Shown: one piece after another, positions 26,301-31,025 of the stretch
Numbering within the stretch: position 1 is the first letter of the stretch
How the letters are laid out: every line of letters starts with the position of its first letter
IMG/VR virus record: IMGVR_UViG_3300020044_008050
Location: 1 to 31,025 of that record
DNA: 31,025 nt
Origin: a virus
Taxonomy: Duplodnaviria; Caudoviricetes
Strand: one strand, 5' to 3'
The notes under the pieces: generated by a model
Database searches by the model: none
What the model saw: only the letters and a program-made list of their open reading frames with translations
What the model was told of the DNA's origin: nothing
Position numbers and translations under genes: made by a program

Positions 26301-29300
26301 GCCAAGTAGTTTTGCTGCCTCTTCCGCAAAATCACTGGTGCTCTCCAGGTACTTATCAAACCACTCGTTGCGATCAGGGATCTCGCCCTGCTCACGGAGC
26401 CGCGGCTTCAGGGCATTCCAGTATTCGTTGAAGTCAGCCTCTTCCGGGTGGAACTCGGGCACAGCCTCAATCGTGACATGGGGCATGCCTTGGGCATCTC
26501 GAAGCGAGTAAATGCGCGACGCTCCCGACATAACCGAATCACAATACCCGCCGACACAATGACCCATGGTGTCTCCCTCGTACTTCAGGGCATCACCTAC
26601 TGCACGCTCTGCCCAGCCGCGTGAGGTTATAGTGCCGTCAGGCATTCTGTAATCACCGCTGTTGAGTCTCTCCCAGCCTTCGGGAATGTCGGCATCCGGC
26701 GTAATCTGCACCCAGCGATACCCCTCAGGATATTGCTTCACCAGCTGCGTTGCTGGGTTTGTGGCAAATTGCGCGCTGGCCGCTGCCATTTGCTCTGCGC
26801 GGTACTGGTTGATCTTGCCTACCAGCTCGGATGCCTGGGGGAATGACATGCGCTGCAGACTCTCTGGGCGGATCTGCAGGTTTCGAGGCAAGCCCGCTTC
26901 GGCGCTCATGGCATTCATCAGCTCGTCTCTGAGGTGGCGAATGTTCAGACCCGGCTCCTCCAGCGTACCTGGGCGCAGGCCCATGTAGATTGGCGTCTCA
27001 GGGTCGACGCCTTCCAACCACTGGTTGCGCTCTTTCCACCACTGAGGCACAGCTCGAGCAGGCTCGCTGTACGGCCCAATCTCCCGCGGGGGCCAGACGT
27101 CCGACTGGACATGCCTGGTAGACAAATCACGCATGGGGTCAAACTCAGTGCCAAAATCGCGCTTCAGGTACTTGGTTGCAGTGCCGCCCAGCCAGGCGTT
27201 CAGTGCAGCTTTGCTCTGTACACTTTCCATGGCCTTTTCGTACGTTGCACGGGCTTCCGGCGATGAGGCCTGAAAATCGGGGCGTGACATTACCGATTGC
27301 AGCTCTTTCATAGCCTCCTCAACGCTCATTCCATGCTGGCGCGCTTGGTATGGCCTCATTTCCTCTTCGACCACATCCTTCAGCCACTGCCGCTGGGGAG
27401 TAGGCAAGCCGCCTTTTGCAAACCGCTGTACTTCATAGGCCTCATCATCGTAAGGCTCGAACTCGTACATGGGATCCAGCAGGTCGTCGACCATCTGGTT
27501 GATGCGGCTGGGGTCGTAGACAGGGCCGCCGTCTTTTTTGGTGATCACCGGGTTGGCAGGGTCAAAGGCGCCTTCGTTGCCGATGGCTGATTTGATCTGA
27601 GTTGGGCGAAAGGCCACAAAATGGCGTGTGTTTTTGTCAATCCCTTCCATTGTTGACCCAAACCGTTTAGCGACAGGATTGTATTGAATTCCGTCATACC
27701 CAGCGTGTTCGAATGCTCGTTGCAACAAATCCATTTTTGCAGGCGAATCCACAAATGTTTCTGGGTTGAGACTAAGCTGACCTTTCACCAAATTGATGAT
27801 GTCTTCCGCATCAAGAGCGCCTTTCTTCGACCGCTGCGCTTCTTGAATGAAGCGTTGGGCTGTCATGTAGTCCACGCCACTTTTTGGTATTTCTTCAAAT
27901 TCTGCAGCCGCCTTTGTGAACCCTTCCAGAAAATTGGCAAGACTACCATCCTGAATTGAAAAGTTTGTTGTGTCTTTTCCGCCAATTATTAAAGGATTTT
28001 TTATTGCAAGATGCACAGGATATACGACGCCCTCATTATCGGTTTTTCCTGTCAAATCAACGCCAAGGTTTTTGAATTTTTCAATGTTTGCGTAGTTTTC
28101 GGATGCGTCTGCCGGACTAGATGTGAAATAAAATCCTTTGCCCAACATGCCTGGCGTTGTTTTCGTTCGATCAAATTTATCAATGTCGGAAAATCCACCG
28201 AAAAACACCCGTAGTGGGTTGTCCTGCCTATCACGCACCTGGCTCTCACCAAACCAGTTCTTGAACTCTGGGGTGTCTGTCACCCGTGCCTTGTCTGCAA
28301 GATCCGTAGCTGCTCTCCCAAGACCACCCCTGCCAAACTTCGCTGGGCCGCCTTGTTTCTTCCCAAGGCCAGTCTCTTGTGCGGCCTCTGGGGCAAACCT
28401 GGCGTAAACACTGCGGACATCAGACGGGTCGAGGAAAATGATGCTCTCGCCGGTCTCGTAGGCTCCGGGCGAGAACTCAATACGCTCCATCTCGTTCCGG
28501 TACTTGTTGTACAGGGCAGCCTCTTCGGGATCGAGGTAGGACAGCGGGTCACGGGGGTGCAGGAACGCTTCAATTTCCTGCTCTGTGGCGCCAGGTTGTG
28601 GAGCCTGGGGGCGCATGCTCAGGCTCTTCTGGTACAGCGCGTCGGCATCGCGGGACAGCTGGTCAAGTCGATCCTGGTACTCCGGCAGCAGGTTGGTAAG
28701 CTCTCCGTAGGCGTTTTCGTGCGTGTTGGGGTAGACAATTTGCCGGAAGCCCTGGTCACGGAGGTTTTGCCGGATTTCGGCCAGTGCCATGCGGTTTTCT
28801 ATGCTGTCCAGCCAGTCCTTTGATTGTTTCCCTGGGTATGCGTTTTTCTGAAGGTCAACGTCGTCAAACAGGGTGTGCATCCAGCCTTGTCCGCGCAGCT
28901 CAGGGGCAGTGCGCATATCCAACAGCGTGGTGTAGGCGTCCTTGAATTCGCCGACATCGGGCATCCTGAGCGTCTTGCCAGGCCTGTAAGCAAGGGGCAG
29001 CACGTTGGTGGTGTCGATGTACTGGCCTTGTTCTCTGCGCTCTTGCAGCTTGGCCTCGATAGCCTTGTCGAGGGCGCGGTTGGCCGCTTGGGTTGGCGTG
29101 CCAGCGTGTAGTCCAACGTCGGTGTAGTTCAGGTCAATCTCGTCCCACGGGGTGTCGGTGCTGTGGTAGACGATGTTCGTGAAGCCCTGGTCGATGGCTC
29201 TCTGGATGCGGTCGCGCTCTGTGGGGGACATCTTGGGCGACTTGAGCTTGTCGGCCATCATCGAAGCGTAGCGATTCAGACCGCCTTTGCCGAATTTTTT

Positions 29301-29327
29301 GACTTGCTTGCGGGCGGCGCGTTTCAT
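23313..29327 (-). CDS. Giant polyvalent protein (ART-PolyVal-like x2, PcfJ-like GNAT, possible third ART-like, HhH-glycosylase/DUF7178-like modules)
   Basis: 2004 aa. Module 1: YHST...GLHAG...IVYPN..E...IFLDPSDVRS. Module 2: PEFKNWFG...GFYFT...VYPVHL.IKNP...GYDGI...VAFRPTQIKSA.GN.G.FD. Module 3: EGDTMGHCVGGY...IYSLRD...QIKG. Last module: WY..AN...YASLSPQ.DW...HKVRSFYNNI...VTSDTH...MQSITW. Confidence 0.8.
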   Translation of the reverse strand: MKRAARKQVKKFGKGGLNRYASMMADKLKSPKMSPTERDRIQRAIDQGFTNIVYHSTDTPWDEIDLNYTDVGLHAGTPTQAANRALDKAIEAKLQERREQGQYIDTTNVLPLAYRPGKTLRMPDVGEFKDAYTTLLDMRTAPELRGQGWMHTLFDDVDLQKNAYPGKQSKDWLDSIENRMALAEIRQNLRDQGFRQIVYPNTHENAYGELTNLLPEYQDRLDQLSRDADALYQKSLSMRPQAPQPGATEQEIEAFLHPRDPLSYLDPEEAALYNKYRNEMERIEFSPGAYETGESIIFLDPSDVRSVYARFAPEAAQETGLGKKQGGPAKFGRGGLGRAATDLADKARVTDTPEFKNWFGESQVRDRQDNPLRVFFGGFSDIDKFDRTKTTPGMLGKGFYFTSSPADASENYANIEKFKNLGVDLTGKTDNEGVVYPVHLAIKNPLIIGGKDTTNFSIQDGSLANFLEGFTKAAAEFEEIPKSGVDYMTAQRFIQEAQRSKKGALDAEDIINLVKGQLSLNPETFVDSPAKMDLLQRAFEHAGYDGIQYNPVAKRFGSTMEGIDKNTRHFVAFRPTQIKSAIGNEGAFDPANPVITKKDGGPVYDPSRINQMVDDLLDPMYEFEPYDDEAYEVQRFAKGGLPTPQRQWLKDVVEEEMRPYQARQHGMSVEEAMKELQSVMSRPDFQASSPEARATYEKAMESVQSKAALNAWLGGTATKYLKRDFGTEFDPMRDLSTRHVQSDVWPPREIGPYSEPARAVPQWWKERNQWLEGVDPETPIYMGLRPGTLEEPGLNIRHLRDELMNAMSAEAGLPRNLQIRPESLQRMSFPQASELVGKINQYRAEQMAAASAQFATNPATQLVKQYPEGYRWVQITPDADIPEGWERLNSGDYRMPDGTITSRGWAERAVGDALKYEGDTMGHCVGGYCDSVMSGASRIYSLRDAQGMPHVTIEAVPEFHPEEADFNEYWNALKPRLREQGEIPDRNEWFDKYLESTSDFAEEAAKLLGNRQRIIQIKGKGNRAPVDQYVPFVQDFVRSQNWIDVQELNNARLRDATREFSGRPQPQQRYMTDAEYDDYLLQLLRDEQAPGMKEGGIVEDDFLKANPGGRVPLTWDDLVARYAPDPINALIAAFDTQTTPNEDGMSGLALSVAALPQTFRSLGSLGAGALRSGIEYLSPMAAERMQEVSERGAAAREMLIPETVRDAASTMMAGSANASQAYDDLLNQMLEKRGLGPADTLSVPSQFALAGGEMFGQGPLPTAQKAKMLKLTAKTIGDMIALPFDYFGPTVNPKLSNYALGTLLGGASRAAFSNPGEQAAERQAQIDYDDLMQMLRRNAAIDLPSTRELTAKLPARPVDRRFSYEPPRFGFADGGAVEMSKGGLGRLTLQQKAKALGFPSTGSTEQLERLVRAAEADPQTWTQEDFDLIAPHLAIHQDIRPGSAERVESILSEGLRSGMVDPVSNMLSGDFTWARGLRDTDAYLMPYGSLKYQSKDNPRLAPGNMPMLHFRPEPGESMYEAIRRSGKRPVVTKAEGGPVYDPARIESMVNELMEPQKLAKGGLPTPPKGPGKDVPRAETPDADYLTPAEREFLNRSVRTGMQVSERVPTSTKFEGDPYDPSLTIGVDVIRQSPEQMRKQAETMSQYANYPVSAPTDPESVFGLLGDQAVENLLFLYDQVPEDVRRMSSRWYEGANRIADEAATKYGIPIEGAAGVYASLSPQMDWFKNISLGDRVMEIANNYGDFRFSPEMARRAQYLIDKPKGGFNEKTAAIVDLIKDRSLNELDSPLKKAVWLRLYDEAYNPRGYNIVDPLGNVIGSSKTGEGDEAKVGWGSLREIAKALSIFQDPTMENINRMLGEMHKVRSFYNNIVDPYTGQSVTSDTHNVAAALMRPLSGASPEVEHNLGSASSSNLTGARGTYGLYADAVRRAAAERGVTDPRAMQSITWEAIRGLYSPESKRSDLLQDEVANAMNQYRLGRITGGETREQLLDIGGGIELPAWYGR

Positions 29328-29344
29328 GGGCTGCTCCGAGGGAA

Positions 29345-29692
29345 TAGTACCCGCACTCTATCACGGGTTGACTGTGCAATAAATCCCAGTGGTTCATACG
29401 TTTTCTCCAGGCATAGTGACCGACCCTTCCCCTTTAAACCCCATCACAGGTGCCATATAGGCGGGTACTAAGTCGCGAGACTTCAGACTTCTGGTGCTCG
29501 CCACCCGAGGGCGATACTCCTCGGATGTTCCTCCGACCAACAGGCCGGAAATAACCCTTTCTTGGGGACTTGCTCTCGTTGACGGTCGTGGGTATCCCTG
29601 AGCAAGTATTCATGGCGTCCGGTTAAAGCCCTGCCGAGGCATAGCACATGAGTTTCGGTCAGTTGGCAACACACACCGCCAGAGGAAGCGGT
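29345..29692 (+). ncRNA. Candidate structured RNA (unassigned family)
   Basis: Dense stems in an intergenic region: TAGTACCCGC/GCGGGTACTA, AAGTC-GCGA-GACTT, CCGAGG/CCTCGG, ACTTGCTC/GAGCAAGT, GGCCGGA/TCCGGTT and GCCGAGGC/GTTTCGGT. The G-U pairs and the GNRA loop favour the + strand. Confidence 0.4.
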
Positions 29693-29721
29693 CGAGGTTG
29701 GCGTTTTGTGACAAATTGGTG

Positions 29722-29751
29722 TTGCAACTAATGGACACCAATAAGTACAAT
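29722..29751 (+). promoter_or_regulatory. Sigma70-type promoter overlapped by an inverted repeat
   Basis: TTGCAA, 18-nt spacer, TACAAT. The inverted repeat ATTGGTGT/ACACCAAT (29714-29742) brackets the -35 box. Confidence 0.5.
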
Positions 29752-29791
29752 TTGGACAACATCGGAGCTTAGCCCTCCGGTGTCCGCTCCT

Positions 29792-29830
29792 CAAAGCCCT
29801 CAGATTTCGCGATCTGGGGGCTTTGTCTTT
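29792..29830 (+). terminator. Intrinsic terminator-like hairpin
   Basis: CAAAGCCCTCAGAT-TTCGCG-ATCTGGGGGCTTTG, a 14-bp stem with one G-U pair on the + strand, running into TTTGTCTTT. Confidence 0.65.
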
Positions 29831-29896
29831 CAGGAGCAGACATTTGCCAGCATCTTAAGCTGGCTGATTATGACTTACAACCCCTGCCGTAATCGG

Positions 29897-29929
29897 TTTG
29901 CGACAGCGACAGTTGCGACATTTGCGACA
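29897..29929. repeat. Four GCGACA direct repeats
   Basis: GCGACA at 29900, 29906, 29915 and 29924; three copies read TTGCGACA. Confidence 0.8.
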
Positions 29930-29933
29930 CCTG

Positions 29934-30194
29934 TCAGCAGTTCCATGCCCGCAGGCTTTTGTTGATCCGGCTGTTGGGATCTTTCTTCGTCTTCTCGCTG
30001 GTGTTTTTCGCCTTCATGCCTTCCATCCGAGCACAGAACGACTTGCGTCTGGCTGCGTCCTTATCCGTCTTGGGCTTGGGCGCCGGGGGCTTCAGGTTCA
30101 TGCCCTCTGCCTTTGCCGATGCCCGGCCCTTTGCGTTCAGGCCGCCCTTAGGGTCTTTGCCTTCCTTCCGGGTCCACGCTGGTGACTTTGCCAT
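29934..30194 (-). CDS. Small basic protein, DUF6321-like
   Basis: 86 aa with AW.RKEGK.PKGGLNAKGRAS...RRKSFCARM.GM...DPNSRINKSLRAWNC; SD GAGGAG. Confidence 0.75.
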   Translation of the reverse strand: MAKSPAWTRKEGKDPKGGLNAKGRASAKAEGMNLKPPAPKPKTDKDAARRKSFCARMEGMKAKNTSEKTKKDPNSRINKSLRAWNC

Positions 30195-30195
30195 C

Positions 30196-30375
30196 TCAGG
30201 TGCTCCTCTTCTTTGCCTTGGCCGCTCTCATGTTGTCCACAAGGTTTGGGTAGGGTCTGCCTGCAGCCTCTGCTGTGCGCTTGGCTGCGGCCTTCTGGGC
30301 AGGTTTCAGGGGCTTGCTTGCACCCAGGTCTTTTGGCCTGGACTTGTCCCATACAGGTTTCTTTGCTTTTGCCAT
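30196..30375 (-). CDS. Small Lys/Ala-rich basic protein
   Basis: MAKAKKPVWDK.RPK...AGRPYPNLVDNMRAAK. Start is probably ATG at 30375 behind GAGG; the track uses GTG at 30387. Confidence 0.7.
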   Translation of the reverse strand: MAKAKKPVWDKSRPKDLGASKPLKPAQKAAAKRTAEAAGRPYPNLVDNMRAAKAKKRST

Positions 30376-30383
30376 ATCGTGCC

Positions 30384-31025
30384 TCACTGTGCGTAGGGGT
30401 TGACCACGGTCTGTTGTGGGGTTTGAGCGTCGTCATCATACCTGTTTGTACGGGCCAGCGTCAGATACCCCAGGTCGCGAATGTATCTCAGGGACTGGGT
30501 CAGGGTGTCGATGTAGTCGTCGTGCTCTGCGTTTGGGAACCGCGAGAGCTGGGTCATCATCGCGTCAGCCCATGTCGGCCAGGTATCACCACGCTTGGAC
30601 TCGGGGATCCACACCAGACCAGCATCGAGTAGGGGCGTGATCATGTGGGCACGGCTGATCTTGTCAGCAGCGCCTGGATTGTACTCGGCCACCACTATGC
30701 GAGCCTGCGCCAGATCCTGCAGCAGTGACTGGCCAGAGCCTTTCTTCTCGATCAGGCATAGGTCAGGGCTTCGAGCCTTGTTGGTAGGGTCGGTTTTATC
30801 GCCGGCATATTTCGCAGTCCACTCCTTGATCACCCTCGCCCTCAGATCAGGGTACTCCAGGTGATCGTGCCAGGCGTCGATGAGCATGACGTTGTAGCAG
30901 CCCTCCCAAAAGAACAGCCCCCAGACCGAGCGCGCTGCAGGGTCGTTGTGGGTGTCCTTCGTGAAAGCGGTGTCGTAGGACGGCAGGATGTATTCGATCG
31001 GGGGCAGGGCTTTGTGGTTAGGCCA
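30384..31025 (-). CDS. terL: Terminase large subunit, C-terminal RNase H-like nuclease domain (5'-truncated by the window edge)
   Basis: The frame is open from 31025: SYDTAF...ND....VWG, IEKKGSGQSLLQDL, DKISRA and FPNAEHDDYIDTLTQ. Confidence 0.92.
   Translation of the reverse strand, partial: WPNHKALPPIEYILPSYDTAFTKDTHNDPAARSVWGLFFWEGCYNVMLIDAWHDHLEYPDLRARVIKEWTAKYAGDKTDPTNKARSPDLCLIEKKGSGQSLLQDLAQARIVVAEYNPGAADKISRAHMITPLLDAGLVWIPESKRGDTWPTWADAMMTQLSRFPNAEHDDYIDTLTQSLRYIRDLGYLTLARTNRYDDDAQTPQQTVVNPYAQ

Noticed and set aside
29610-29690. Possible tRNA (GGTTAAAGC resembles a D-loop)
   Set aside because: No T-loop GTTCRA and no acceptor stem could be formed.
29483-29794. 103-aa minus-strand ORF in the intergenic region
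   Set aside because: No clear SD, atypical composition and no motif. The region is better explained by RNA structure, although a leader peptide cannot be excluded.
30920-30990. Odd residues in the terminase (ILPSYD, DPAARSVWG) where Q, T/S and C would be expected
   Set aside because: Each is one base from the expected codon and lies near the window end. The acidic catalytic residues are intact, and sequence error cannot be told from divergence without reads.

Overview
A 31 kb fragment of a tailed dsDNA phage genome with a podovirus-like layout, resembling uncultured aquatic Caudoviricetes. No host genes are visible. The + strand (1-20209) carries three RCC1-repeat beta-propeller proteins interleaved with a sulfotransferase-TPR-glycosyltransferase fusion, a fibre-chaperone-like gene and a GT25 glycosyltransferase. 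These are followed by a lysis cluster, a GIY-YIG remnant, adaptor/fibre/nozzle-type tail genes and four large internal-virion (ejection-type) proteins. The - strand (31025-20233) carries the terminase C-terminus, two small basic proteins, a ~600 nt hairpin-dense non-coding region, a 2004-aa polyvalent protein, a 53-aa acidic ORF missed by the track and a portal gene that breaks off after 241 aa. It continues with a DUF3310 gene, a C5 DNA methyltransferase with a nested alternative-frame partner, and a PD-(D/E)XK nuclease. The best candidates for new biology are: (1) a recurring xxxGG motif pair that brackets the modules of the giant protein and recurs in internal virion proteins, suggesting a processed or virion-targeted cassette polyprotein; (2) a putative virion glycosylation/sulfation locus; (3) a structured antisense RNA region. 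All family calls come from motif recognition by eye; no searches were run.
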